From Chrysomallon squamiferum (taxonomy: Eukaryota > Animalia > Mollusca): 64,000 nucleotides of DNA. The stretch is taken from NCBI GenBank assembly GCA_012295275.1, contig CM022678.1, forward strand, positions 5,704,001 through 5,768,000, read 5' to 3'. The number at the start of each line of letters is the position of its first letter. Position 1 is the stretch's first letter. Position numbers and translations under genes: made by a program. Below the pieces are notes generated by a model, which was not told the origin of the DNA, did not search any database, and was given only the letters and a program-made list of their open reading frames with translations. Shown here piece by piece: positions 1-13,390 of this stretch.

Positions 1-506
1 TATTAAACTAAGGAGACACATCAGTCATAATGACATTACTTTCTCACATATCGCGAACGGAATTTTAAAGTTGTTTTTTTTTTTTTTTTTTCCTGTGAGT
101 AAACAAACCACATTAAATCATGTTTTCTGATCGTTTTTAATTAACTGTTTTAAACTGCGAGTTATTCTCACCCCTGTGTTGATAGTTCTAAGTAAAAACA
201 CGGCTAATATTTTACCACTGTTTCTTCAACGGTAACCATAGTGACAGTTTCCAGACAGTCTATGCTGATTGAAGAATAAAACACCGAGCAATCGTTGCTA
301 AAGTCTTTGCTTTTTTAATCTTGGAATCACAAATTTTGTTTTGAGCAATTCTGTGGAGTGACTCTCTCATGAAAGCATAACTTGATTTTTTTTTTTTTTT
401 TTTTTATAATCATTTATTCCTCTTTCGAATTATTAAAAATATGAAGCACTGTTAAATTCTAGTGAGTGTACACCCTTGAAATTTATTCTGAAACTTAAGA
501 TATATT

Positions 507-541
<35 letters not shown>

Positions 542-2138
542 TTTTATTATTATTATTACTTGTTTTTTGTTTGTTTTTTTTTTTTTTTTTATACCGATTG
601 ACTTTCTATCTGTCAGTTATTTTTGAATGATTTAATATTTATATTCACATAAATGTGCTAAGAAAACTGCTTTATTTCTATAAATTTTTATATTAAAAAA
701 CACGATTAAAACATTTTTAACAATAAAGATAAATAACTGTAAAAATAGTTATCTAAAAATAATGATAATAATAATATAATAACAACGACAACAACAAAAA
801 ATCCAAAAAATAGAATAAAATCTACCTGCTAATAAATTACTGTTTTCCAATCATTAAAATATAAATAACAGCGAATTAAATGTTAAATATGATTATATAC
901 ACACCCTCGCTCAAAAAAAACCATATGTATTTCTATCTATCTAGATATACTGATATATAATTACGTATATGGTTGTGTTTATGAATTTTTAGATAACTAT
1001 ATAAATCATATGGCAATCAAACACACCAAAGATATTTAAAAGAAATAATTTAGAATATATATATATATTTAATATTTTTTCTTTTCTTTTCTTTTCTTTT
1101 CTTTTCTGTGAAAATATCTTTTTTTCACCTATCAGCCTATACAGTTAGTCTCGCGATATTTATTTAATCTTCTGTATTACAGAAACAAGATTATTTACTT
1201 TCTTTATCACAGGCCTGAACGCCTGAGAGGGACTTTTTATCAAAAATAAACCCTCCCCATAGTAAAAGTGTAATCATGTTTACAAGCCCGGATAAACGCC
1301 ATAGAGAAAAAAAAAAAAAAAAAAAAAGCGCAGTAATCTCCGTTATGTAAAAACCAACAGAGCTGATTGGTGGTGTAGATATCACGTGATATGATGTCGC
1401 AACGATTTTTTTTTTTAAGTCCGTTAAAGGATTTCCCACAGCGATGTCCAATGTCGTGTGATATGACGTCACGTCGCGGTGAATTTTATTAATGAATATT
1501 TATAAGGCAAATTAGTTTTGTAAATGTCACGTTGATTTGACGTTTATTATTAGATCATCGGAAGAATTGTTATTACAATAATAATAATAATAATAATGAT
1601 AATAATAATAGTTGTTGATGTCGTTGTTGTTGTAGTTCAGCAGTAGTAGCTGCACTAATGGTTCATATTAGTTTTTATTTTTCTGTTTATTTTCATTGTT
1701 TTATTAATTCTTTATGTGTATGTTTGCGTCTTTTATTTATTTATTTATTTTATTTATTTATTTATTTTCATTTTATTTTATTTTTTTTTTTTTTTTTTTT
1801 ACTTTTTTATTTTTTTTTATTTTTTCGTACTTTCCTACCTTCTTCTTTATTTATACTTTCTTCCTTTCCTTTTTCTCTGTCTTTCTTTATTCGTTTCCTT
1901 TATCTTCCTTCTCTATTCCATCATTTCTTTTTTCATTATTTTTATTTTTATATCTATTTTATTTTATTTTATTTATTTTATTTTATTTATTTTTTGGAGG
2001 GGCGAGAGGGATATAGGATCATGACGTCTGCTAGCGTTAACTTGAAGTACGATTTTTTTTTTTTTTTTTTTTTTTCTTTTTTTTTTCAAACTTTCTCTTG
2101 CTCTTTCGTCACTTTTTTCACATCTTACACTCCTCCTC

Positions 2139-2174
<36 letters not shown>

Positions 2175-3392
2175 ACAAAAATAATTTGTGTCATTTCTTG
2201 TTCGAATTCCACGGATCATTGCGGTCCTCAACGGTAATTCCACCTTGCCAGTTCCGGTTGCCTTGATTCACGCAAACAGCCGCTGCAATCATCGGCTTAA
2301 TCGAGTTGATAAAAGAACAGTTTTGCAGCAACGTCATCGTCGACAACCTGACAGCAACGGCGATATGATATCACAGTTTTCTCGCTTCGACTACAAGGGC
2401 TGGAACCCAGGGTAGGGCCTCAACACCGGGTCACACCCACCCACCCCCACCCACCCCTAATTTCTCTGTTGTTGACTTTACTGTTATCTTTTCTTTCGTT
2501 TTTATTATTATTATTATTATTGTTGTTGTTGTTGATGTTGTTGTTTTCGTTGTTGTTTTAGTTAGTTATTCATTACTGACTGATTAATTGATTTTATTTT
2601 TTACTTTCTATATTTTACTTATTTACTTACATACTTAGTTGCAGAAAGTGATTACATTACAGATTACCAATACTACTTCTACTACTACTGCTACTGCTAC
2701 AACTATAACTACTACCACTATTACATCTACCGCTACTGCTACTACTACTACTACTACTACTACAACTACTAACACTATTACTAGTACAGTTCCTGCTATA
2801 AAATCATTTGCTAAATCTATTTTATTTCTATTCGCCAATCTCCGTGTTTTCAGAAATCAGACCTAAACGGTTCCTTTCTGTGCGGATAGTGGATCCGTCC
2901 CTGATCATGAGCAAAGTGTATTAAGACAAACGTTCATCGGCTTTATCAATGTCGATTAGATAATTAATAGTCTCGATAACTGCGGTTGTTTAAACACGCC
3001 AGGAACTTCGGACCACGTGGAGTTTCCCGGAAAAAATAAGCTACAAGAGAATATTTCTAGTTTTGTGAATTTGTTTCTTTTAACTTTTTAATATTTTTTT
3101 TTTTTTTTTTTTTTTTTTTTCTTCTTCTCTGTGACAGAACTGTTCTCGAGTTAGATGAATTGTTTCGTACTATCAAACCTACCGCTGTTTCATTTCCGTT
3201 TTATTTTTTTTTACGTTTTTTTTTTCTTGTTGTTTTTTTAAATACTTTTTTTTTTTTAGTATTTGGTAAAGGGGGGCCTAATCTGTATATAACCAATCAT
3301 CAGTTGTAGATAGTCTTTATTTATTTATTTATTTATTTATTTATTTTAATTTATTGTTGTTGTTCCTGTTATTGTCGTCGTCGTTATCATCA

Positions 3393-3433
<41 letters not shown>

Positions 3434-3465
3434 TTTTATTATTATTATTATTATTTTTATTATTA

Positions 3466-3499
<34 letters not shown>

Positions 3500-3525
3500 T
3501 TTATTTTATTTTTTTATTATTATTA

Positions 3526-3595
<70 letters not shown>

Positions 3596-3735
3596 TGTCT
3601 CCACTTATTTTTGAGGCTGATGATCGGAGGAACAAATGATATAAACATGGACTCTGTTTTGAATCTGAATATATCATTTTTTTACTCTTTTGTTATTATT
3701 AATTTACTTTTAGGTTTTATTTAATTATAATACAA

Positions 3736-3770
<35 letters not shown>

Positions 3771-3771
3771 A

Positions 3772-3821
<50 letters not shown>

Positions 3822-4198
3822 ATACTAATAGTTGTTTGTGTTCTATGCTGTTGTTTCATTGTAGTGGCAGTATTACAGTAGCACAGGTATACGAACTGTT
3901 ATAATAGTAGTAAAAGCAGAAGTAGCAGTACTAATAATAGTAGCAGTAGTTGTTATAGCAATAATAGTAATGGTAGCCGTAGTACTAAAATTAGTTATAG
4001 TATAGTAGTTGTAATAGTAACAGTACCATTAGTTTTATCACTAGTAGTAGCAGAAACAGCAGAAATACTAGTAGAAATAACAGTACTAGTCGTAGCAGTA
4101 GTAGTAGAAAAAGTAGTAATAGAGTAGTACTAGTTGTTGTTTTAGTAGCAGTAGTAGCAGTAATAGCAAACGCTGTAACTGTAATAGAAGAGATAATA

Positions 4199-4535
4199 CA
4201 GGTTGAGAATCCTTCACCTATATGCCATGGAACGGAAGTGTTTCGGATTTCGGAATATTTCGGAATATTTCGGATTCTGGAATACAAGGAGAAAGCACGA
4301 GAATAGAATCTACGTTTAAATACGAATTCCATTTATTTTTCATATACGGCTAACACGTATAGTCCGCAGAGATCTTTTAAATAATATTTTTAATAATTTT
4401 GTGCATTAAATACGGTTTGTATATGCAAAAAAAGTCAGAACACTGTAAGATATTATTATTTCCAACTGCTCGGAAAATGTTTCGAAAATTCGGAGGTTTT
4501 CGGATTTTGGAATTCCGGATAAGGGATCCTTCCTA
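4199..4535 (+). mobile_element. Non-autonomous Tc1/mariner-pogo (Tigger4/Zombi-like) MITE, about 335 bp
   Basis: TA at 4197-4198 is followed by CAGGTTGAGAATCC. Both ends carry subterminal TTCGGATTT/TTCGGAATA repeats. The right end reads CGGATTTTGGAATTCCGGATAAGGGAT, a degenerate inverse of the family TIR. The internal AATATTTTTAATAATTTTGTGCAT matches my recollection of the Tigger4 consensus. The element interrupts a (TAG)n-type tract. The right boundary is approximate. Confidence 0.8.
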
Positions 4536-4809
4536 GCCGTTGTAGTAGTAATAATAGCCGTTACAGCAGTATTGTTTTTATCTGTTGTTGTAGTAGCAGT
4601 GTAGCAATAGTTGTAGTTGTAACAATAATGCAGCTGGGTAAGCAGTAGAAGCTGTAATCGTGATAGTAGTTGCACCTGAACCCGACATCGCCAGCAGCAA
4701 ATGGAGAATTAAATCAGTGCCTATTTAATGTGTCCTAATGATACGTAAATAAAAAAATTTAATACAAAGAAAATCGACATTTTATATTCGACTGTGTGTC
4801 GCTTTACAA

Positions 4810-5149
4810 CAGGGGCGGGCAAACTCCAACCCACGGGCCAGATCCGGCCCGTGAAAATTTATTGTCTTGCCCCACCAAACGGTTCAAAAAGTCAATGAAA
4901 AATAAAAGTCAATGAAATAAAGTCAGTTGGCACGACTATTTTTTTTTGTGTGATTCAAGTTGCACTCAAGTTTGAAACTTAAATCGTCTCGAAGGCACTC
5001 GTCGAATCAATAGTGCCCGCATCAGTTAAAAGTGAATTTACTGTTTACATAAAATACACGTTTTCAAATCTATTGTTCTCATTTCCTATTCTTGCCCTCT
5101 TCCTATAAGATCCATCCACTCCTTGTTTTAAAAAGTTTGCCTGTCCTTG
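4810..5149 (+). mobile_element. Non-autonomous hAT (Charlie-type) MITE, 340 bp
   Basis: 16-bp TIRs CAGGGGCGGGCAAACT (4810-4825) and AGTTTGCCTGTCCTTG (5134-5149) match at 13/16. A perfect 8-bp TSD CTTTACAA flanks it (4802-4809 and 5150-5157). The subterminal GGGCCAGATCCGGCCC is typical of Charlie/MER58-like ends. Confidence 0.92.
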
Positions 5150-5283
5150 CTTTACAACGACAAACCAAACAGATACTGTAAGAGACGAAGATACAATGAT
5201 ACAAAGTACAGACAACAGGATCGAAGGACTACAGACAATTATATAAAACCGCCAATTGATGAAGAATTTCAAACTGGTTGAAT

Positions 5284-5471
5284 AAGGGAGATAACTGTCA
5301 TCATTTAGTTTTTAAAAACAAAAAATAAACTGGAAGAGTTGATACCCTTGTTCGTAGCGTTGATAATACAGGATTAACTATCTTTTTTTCTGGACACAAC
5401 AAAAACAGCAACCACATCTCGTACATTAATAGTACTTTCATTTTTATTTTATTTCGCCCCCAGAAAGAAAA

Positions 5472-5534
<63 letters not shown>

Positions 5535-5577
5535 GAGATAGATAGATTATACATAGATATAGATATATATAGATATG

Positions 5578-5609
<32 letters not shown>

Positions 5610-6009
5610 TGTATGTATGTGTGTGTATATATATATATATATTAACCTACGATTATATTCCATCATATAATTAATTATATGATTGAAAATGGCACAGATA
5701 ATGAGTGAGAGTACAGCATACAATGTTTACTCCTTTTTTTTTCTTTTCTCTTTTGCCCCTATTTAGAAAAAAATATGATGTATGGCAGTGATATGATTTC
5801 CACATATGCTCTAAAAAAAAAGAAATATAATTTTCATATAAAGAAATTTAGCGAACTGCTCATATATTATATAATAATTATTGTAAAGCTGAAGAGAAAG
5901 AATGCGTAATAGGATAAGGGAGATAACTGCTTTTTTATTTAGTTATTTGTTTCTCATTGAACTGAACGAGTTGCTACCCTTGTTTAGAATTACACGAATT
6001 ATCTTTCCC

Positions 6010-6079
<70 letters not shown>

Positions 6080-6180
6080 GCTCTCTCTTTCTGTTTTGTT
6101 TTATTATTATTAAATAATAATAATAATAATAATAGTATAGATTTTGTTTATTGTTACTTTATTATAATTAAGATCATTAT

Positions 6181-6220
<40 letters not shown>

Positions 6221-6382
6221 GTGATTTATTGATTTTATTTATTTATAATATTTGTCAAAGATGTTATAACTTAAAATTCATTAGAAATATATTACATGAA
6301 AGCTAACGCACGCACGCAATTCAGTTCGTATACGCAGCCTACGTCCCTGAATAACATATATAGATAAATAGAATTTAGATAG

Positions 6383-6443
<61 letters not shown>

Positions 6444-6546
6444 TATTGCTAATGATTTTTGATATCCGTTAATGGTTAACTAACATCAAGGGAATAAACT
6501 CAGGGAAAACCGATAATCACTGAATCTTGAGTAGTTATCTCCCTTC
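5284..6546. repeat. Three dispersed copies of an inverted-motif module, AAGGGAGATAACT ... AGTTNNTNCCCTT
   Basis: Copies at 5284-5349 and 5916-5981 both have a 40-nt spacer. An opposite-orientation copy at about 6487-6546 has a shorter spacer. Confidence 0.75.
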
Positions 6547-7691
6547 ATTTATAATTGAATTAGATATATAATATATCTATGTAATCGTAAAAATGTTAGA
6601 AAGCGCCCGAATCTACGCGCGTGCACACACACGCACACACACATACACACATACGCACGCACTCACACGCATCAGCATCAACTCACGAGCAATCGCGTTT
6701 TCAAGGAATACACACACTTACAATAGCTCTGAACGAACGATAAACGAATGTTAACAAAACAACTGGATGACGTCACAAATGGTTTTGGAAGTAACAAAGA
6801 GGACTGACTTCACAACAAATTAGGTAAATTATATAAATAAATTATGCACACTTATACCACCCAGACATACAGATTATAACAACATCTACACTTATGCACG
6901 CACAGACGCATATACGAACATACACATACATACAAACGCACACACACATATATATATATATTACTTCTTCCATTGCATTAGTTGCTTTTCAAGGGCTCTT
7001 TGTTTGATTTTTTATTTTTCGTTATTTTGTTTTGTTGATACGATGCAAGTATTACGAGATTTTGAAAATTACAATAACACGTCGACAGCTGTGCTTTAAA
7101 CAAAAGAACCATGGCCGGAGTTAAATGTCCGTACGCGGTAAGAAATAATAACGTTTTGCTTTAATTAACCATTAGAACAAAGCTATCGATCTGAACTGGT
7201 TCATCAAACATTAGCAAGTGAGCCGTGACGATAAACAGTTATATATATATATATGTATGTACGTATGGATGGATAGATTGATAGATTGATAGACGTACAG
7301 ATGGATGGATGTGTGTGCCTTTATGCTTGCACGCGTATGTCTATAATTGCTTGAAATACCTAAAAAAAAAAAGTACATCTTATTACATAATACTGTTGTC
7401 GCGGTAGTTGCTACTGTAATATTCTGCCTGTCAAGTCGTTTACAAAATTCATTACTGTTAATATATCTCGCGATTTTTTTTGCAAAGTCGTTATTTTCTA
7501 ATCACTGATCAGTTAGCTAATCTTCGCGAATTAAAACATCGAAGTATGAAAAGGTGAACGCCTTATGACGTCAGCTTCGCTCTTAATTTATTTAATAGAC
7601 AGTTTAAACAAAATATAAAAATTAACAAATGAAATTAACGGAAAAGAAAAGAAATACGAAAGTGACAATGAAAATATATATTATTAATAAA

Positions 7692-7748
<57 letters not shown>

Positions 7749-7799
7749 TCGAAGGAGAACAAAATTCGTTAGACAATGATAACTTTAAGACATGATAGG

Positions 7800-8460
7800 A
7801 AATGTGGATCTTTGGCAGATAGCGATCGATAAGCGTTACCATGACGACGGATCCGATTCGTTTGCGTTGTGTTGCTTCGGCTGAAAACGGTTAATCGAAA
7901 ACCCCCGAACTCTTTTTCTTTCTCTCTCTCGATATCGGCTGCAGAAACAAATTCAGCCGATCGCTATATATTGGCGTCTTCATCTGAGGAGGGTAAACGG
8001 GATTATAAACAAGGTGACATAATATCGATTCGTTGCCAGAAACAAAAAAATAACAATAACAATAAACAATAAATCTAAAAGAAAACGTTATTAAATTTAA
8101 AGCAAAATGCAAATTAAAAGAGCTTTGTAAAAAAAAAATAATAATAATTTTCTGTAATATAATATAACACAGATCAATGTTCATTTCTGCCCGATCACGC
8201 TCACTCCTCCCCTCCTCCCCCCACTTCTTCCATCAACGTCTAACGTTTTGATCATTCGGCTTTACAGTTGGAAGATTCTGTGATTTCGCTGTCTCTCAAA
8301 TCGAACATCGAGCTCTGTAAATTTAATACAGCTATAAAAATGTCAATTCGACACGCACATTCTTGTAATACGAAATTAATGACAAATGTCGACGTCATCA
8401 TCATAATTAATCACGTGACCCATTCGAGAGTGACATACAGTTGAGATGAGAAGAAACATG
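7800..8460 (+). promoter_or_regulatory. CpG-rich promoter region of a + strand gene
   Basis: High CpG density; E-box ATCACGTGAC (8410-8419); CRE-like CGACGTCA (8390-8397); full CREs at 7566 and 8606; initiator-like CAGTT near 8438; YY1-type AACATGGCGG (8455-8464) just upstream of a consensus splice donor. Confidence 0.65.
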
Positions 8461-8526
8461 GCGGATGCATTCTCGGAAATTTTGGTACTATGGCCAGCTT
8501 CTGCAAAAATTCACACTTCGTTTTAG
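8439..8526 (+). other. Putative first exon (5' UTR with uORFs, or a short coding start); 5' boundary approximate
   Basis: Ends at the consensus donor TAG|GTAAGT (8526/8527), followed by T-rich intronic sequence. ATGs at 8446, 8458, 8465 and 8490 cover all three frames. Confidence 0.65.
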
Positions 8527-9248
8527 GTAAGTGAATTTTTATTTTTTTGTCTATATTTTTTTTTACATTTTTTTTACTGTATATTATTTATTTGCACACG
8601 GCTAGTGACGTCAGCCCGTTTACACCGCTACCGTAAAAATCTGTCGTATGCATCATATCGACAACGCAAGCTGGAGGGGCAAAAAAACAACAACAATAAG
8701 ATATAAGGTGATAAAGTACCCATCGATTCGCTGATATGAGATAAGCCAGCAGAATTTGACGTGCACGTTTGGTGACAGACATTGTAATAATATAGTTATG
8801 AGCTTTTCCGAGAAGTGTCTGTTTCATAGCTGCGGTCGTCAACTATTATAAACACCTGTCAAAAAAAAAAAAAAAAAAAAAAATAAATATGTAAAAAAAA
8901 AAAACCTGTTCCTTTATCATCATCATAATATATTCAGTTCTTTGAAAAAAAAAAAAAAAATAAATAAATAAAAATAAATAAATAAATTTAAAAAAATAAA
9001 TAAATTTAAAAAATAAATAAATAACATAAATTTAAAAAAATATATATTATAATAATAAAATAAAGAGAAGAAGAAGAAAAAAAAAAGGAACGAAGAAATA
9101 GAAGAATTTATTTTGTTATTTTTTATTTTATTTATTTATTTATTTATTTTTTTTTTAAAATGGCATTTACATTTCTGCATGAGTGTTAAACCATAAACTA
9201 AATTCGGGGGTTAACCCATACTTTGTCTATTTGTATAAATAAAATTTA

Positions 9249-9282
<34 letters not shown>

Positions 9283-9439
9283 GCCAATTAAAAATTATGT
9301 TATCAATGCTAATAATATATAGCACCATTGCCATTATATTAAGTTGTTTTGGGGGTTTTGGTTTTTTTTGTTTTTTTATCCATACTCGTAAGGAAACAAG
9401 TATGCATAAATTAAATATATCAGGAAGAGAGAAGGAGAG

Positions 9440-9510
<71 letters not shown>

Positions 9511-11574
9511 CTGGATCTTTCTATTGATTTACAAATGGCATTTCGCTCGAGTATAATTTCGTTTTGTTGTCCTTATCAAGCATCGCGACACGCAAAAAGC
9601 AAATGGGCAAGCGAGTTGCTAATTGTTGTAGTGCTCCGATGAAAAGGGTGGAAATAACGTCAAGAAAGAGGCTCGAATTACCAAAATGTCGCCTGCTTGT
9701 TGGTTAATCAATTTTTGTTAGCGAAGCTGTAAAATCTGTCAATAAATGTGACATAAGTTGTAAGCTTATGCGTCAGACGTGTAATAAATTGTGAGGTATC
9801 TAATTTGTTTTTAATTGCCCTTCGAGAAAATACGATCTTTGCTCGAGTTTAATGATTTTAGATTGATGTAGTTTACAATACATAGCAGTAGTGTCGTACG
9901 GATACCCCCCCCATTTTTTATTGTTTTTAATTTTTATTTATCTATTTATTTTTTATTTTTTTTTAAATTTAATTTATATTACTTTATTTTATTTTGTTTA
10001 TTTATTTATTATTGCTACAAAGGCTGAAACATCATTAACAATTATTTAAATATTTTATACCAACCACATTAAGGCTATGACATCAATATAAGCATTTAAA
10101 TTAGCACTATGAGTAAGTGGACTTTTGTATTAATATATATATATTTTTTTTAATCAAACATCTGTTTATTTAGCCATAACTATCTATATAGACATGCATG
10201 TATTCATACATACATCAGTACACGTAGATGCATAGATACATATTCATAAACTGGTTCACATATAGATGCATACAATATACATCATGCATACCTTCATAAT
10301 AACATAAATTCATTTACATATGTACATCTCTATCTCGTATATATAACTATATATATATATATATATATATATTAGTAGCAGTAGTTGTAGCAGGAGACAT
10401 TTGTGTCTTATGTCTGTCTGTCTGTCTGTATCCCTGTAGGTATGTACAAAATGACAGAAGAAAATCTGTGTATTGTTGTGTGTATTACTGACTGGTGTAT
10501 TGATCACTGGAAACCGTTATTATTCTTCAAACTCGTTGCCACAGCAACAGGCACATTAACTCCTTTGGCAGATTTAACTAGATAATTGGGTTATTTCACC
10601 AGGCAGCTAAATAAAGATTGAGTAATTAACCAACATATCTACCTGTTTTCAACGTAGATTTAAAAGATCAAACAGTGTACCTCCCATAATTCATAGCTGG
10701 AGTCACGTGTTGCCATATTTTGCAATGACAGCATCTGACTCCATGGTGATGGAACACTACTGGAATTTGTTTTTGGTTTTTTGGTGAGTTTTTTATAGTT
10801 TTATTAAATTTTATTATTATTATTATTGTTGTTTATTATTATTATTATTATTATTATTATTTTTTTAAGATAAATATATTTTTAATATTATTTATTTATT
10901 AATTTTGAATTTATTTATTTATTTATTAATTTTGAATATATTTATTTATTTATTTATTTATTTATTTATTTCTGTTTTTGCTTGTTTTGTCAATATTGCT
11001 GTTTTCCTTATTTTTAGTTCTAGTTGTTGTTGTAGCAGTTGAAGTAGCTGCAGCAAAGGTAATAAGGTGCTGAGGTAATAGTTAATGTAGTTAATGATTT
11101 TTTTTTTAGTTTTAATGAATTAGGTTTTTTTTCTTTATTATTTATACTTTTTTAGTTTGTTTATTTTAATTTTTTTTTTGTTTTGTTTGTTATGGTTGTT
11201 TTGGGGGGTTAGAGGGGGGTTTGCAAGAGTTTGTTAATTTAATTCATTTTATTTTTTATTATTTTTATTTCATTTCTACTTTATTTATTTAACATTTTAA
11301 TTTATTTGCTTATTCTTGAATATCTGTCCCTTTAATATTATTTATCTTCTTCTTTATTTAAAAAAAAAAAATATTATGTTTATTTTTAATTTTATCATAG
11401 TCACTTTAAAAGTTTTATTATGTTTATTTTTAATTTTATTTATTTATTTACTAACCATATGAATTTTATCACAGTATTTAATTTTATTTACACATATGTT
11501 TTAATGCACGTGCTGGCATGTACACAAGAGAGCCCCTCACACATACAGACATACAGACAGACAGACAGAATAAC

Positions 11575-12549
11575 ATTTAAATAAAAAACTGTATCATAGC
11601 ATGACTGCTTATTGTCTAAGGAGGACTGACTTTCTGTACTTTGATATTAAATATTAATGATATTGACAAAAGGCATATGGAAATTTGCAGTGACATAATG
11701 CATTGGTTTAATTTTTTTTATTATTGTTCTTTTTGTTTTTCTGTATGAGTAAAAGAAACATGTCAAATTATATAATTCAGATATTTTTATGTGTGTATAT
11801 ATGACATAGGTAAATGCACAGGTAAATAGGTAATAGACAGATATACGGGTATATATCACTGATAAAATAAATAGACAATAGTGAGAGACAGAGAAAACAG
11901 TAAGAAAGACAGTATGTGAGTGAGTAACTGAGACAGATTGAGTTAGTAACTGTTTTGGGGTTATTTATAATGAGTGGGTAACAGGAAGTAAATGAGTAAC
12001 CAGTTCAGATTGAGTGAGTAAATGATACAGTGAGCTTGTAACTCAAATGGTGAGGATGTAACTGATTCAGTGAGTAGGTAACCAAGATACTGAACGCGTA
12101 ACTGAGACTGAGTGAGTAACTGATTCAGTGAGCAGGTAACTGGTTCAGTGAGCAAGTAACCAGTTCAGTGAGTGGATGTGTAACTGGAAAGTTAGATTAA
12201 CTAAGTCAGTTAGCGAATAACCAAAATACTGAGGAATAATCAACAGTGAAAGAGAGAGAGAGAGAGAAAGAGCAAGCAAAAGATCAATACATAAAGGGAT
12301 TAATTCACATTAAAAACTATATCTTTGCATGACTGTTTATCGTCAATGGAAGCTCGACTTTCTATACCTTGATATTAAATATTAATAATATTGACAAAGC
12401 AGTATGCTTGAAATTAGATTGGGTATAATCTGTTGGTTTTTTTCTATTTCTGTCCCTTTGTCTGTTTGTCTCTTTGTTTGTTTGTATTCCCGTGTGCGTA
12501 TGTGAAAAATAACTGACCATTAATATAATATTTTATTTGTTTTGTGTGT

Positions 12550-12550
<1 letters not shown>
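11575..12550 (+). repeat. Diverged direct duplication of about 200-240 bp (11575-11790 and 12305-12550)
   Basis: Shared core GCATGACTG..TAT.GTC....GACTTTCT.TAC.TTGATATTAAATATTAAT.ATATTGACAAA occurs twice, about 730 bp apart. Confidence 0.8.
11915..12240. repeat. Degenerate minisatellite, unit about 20 bp (GTAACTGATTCAGTGAGCAG-like), roughly 15 copies
   Basis: GTAAC..TTCAGTGAG recurs at about 20-nt spacing, clearest at 12058-12172. Confidence 0.85.
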
Positions 12551-12593
<43 letters not shown>

Positions 12594-13288
12594 CAGTATT
12601 TATTTATTAACTGTTGTTCTTTCTTTTTCTATTTTTCTGTGTATGTGTTTGTTGAGGGTGGGGTGATGTATGCCAACAATTATTCTTTAATTAATTAGCA
12701 TATCTATTTTTTTTTTTTTTTATAGTTTGGTTACTGTTCTGGAATCTTGACTTTTCGTTTTCTGGTTGTTGGGTTATTGTTGTTTTGGGTTGTTTTTTTC
12801 TTCATTATAAAAAATGAAATATAAACAAACATCAGTAGCAAACAACAGTACTGTTAACTGACACAACAGAACAGAAACACGTAACATAATGACGTGGAGT
12901 ATTCTAGTCATTTCAGATGCATCTACAAACGTACGATCTAATCATAAGACAATTTGGCAAACGTTTTGCACTTGCAAAGCTTTCTACATGGCTTATCTTG
13001 GTTTGTCAGAACTGCTGGATGTGACTTACCTGTTCTTTTGCTTTAGTCTCTTCAGTCCAGCTTGGTTTGGCAAAGTTTGGCTTAATTTACCCTGTTTTAC
13101 ACTTTTTTTTTGGATACGTTTTTCTTTAATATTTGCAAAATCCAAAGTATTTTAAAATGTGAAACATTTCTGTTACAAAAACATTTCAGATAAAAGCTTC
13201 TGAAGCTGTTGTATTCATATATGGTCACCATGCTAATTTTGTCTAAAAATAAATAGCTATTTTGGTTATTTTTATTTTTTTTATTTTT

Positions 13289-13390
<102 letters not shown>

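Noticed and set aside
1658-2266. 202-aa ORF and the many poly-L/I/Y/F/ER/SL ORFs in the track
   Set aside because: They are translations of poly-T, (ATT)n, (GA)n, (CA)n and (CATA)n tracts that lack stops, with no protein-like complexity.
8263-8323. miR-7-like TGGAAGATTCTGTGATTTCGCTGT within a TTTACAG...CTGTAAA inverted repeat
   Set aside because: Several differences from the highly conserved miR-7 mature sequence, and poor central pairing.
10439-10585. Possible exon after CCCTGTAG
   Set aside because: The pyrimidine tract is a (TCTG)n microsatellite, no good donor follows, and the peptide is unrecognisable.
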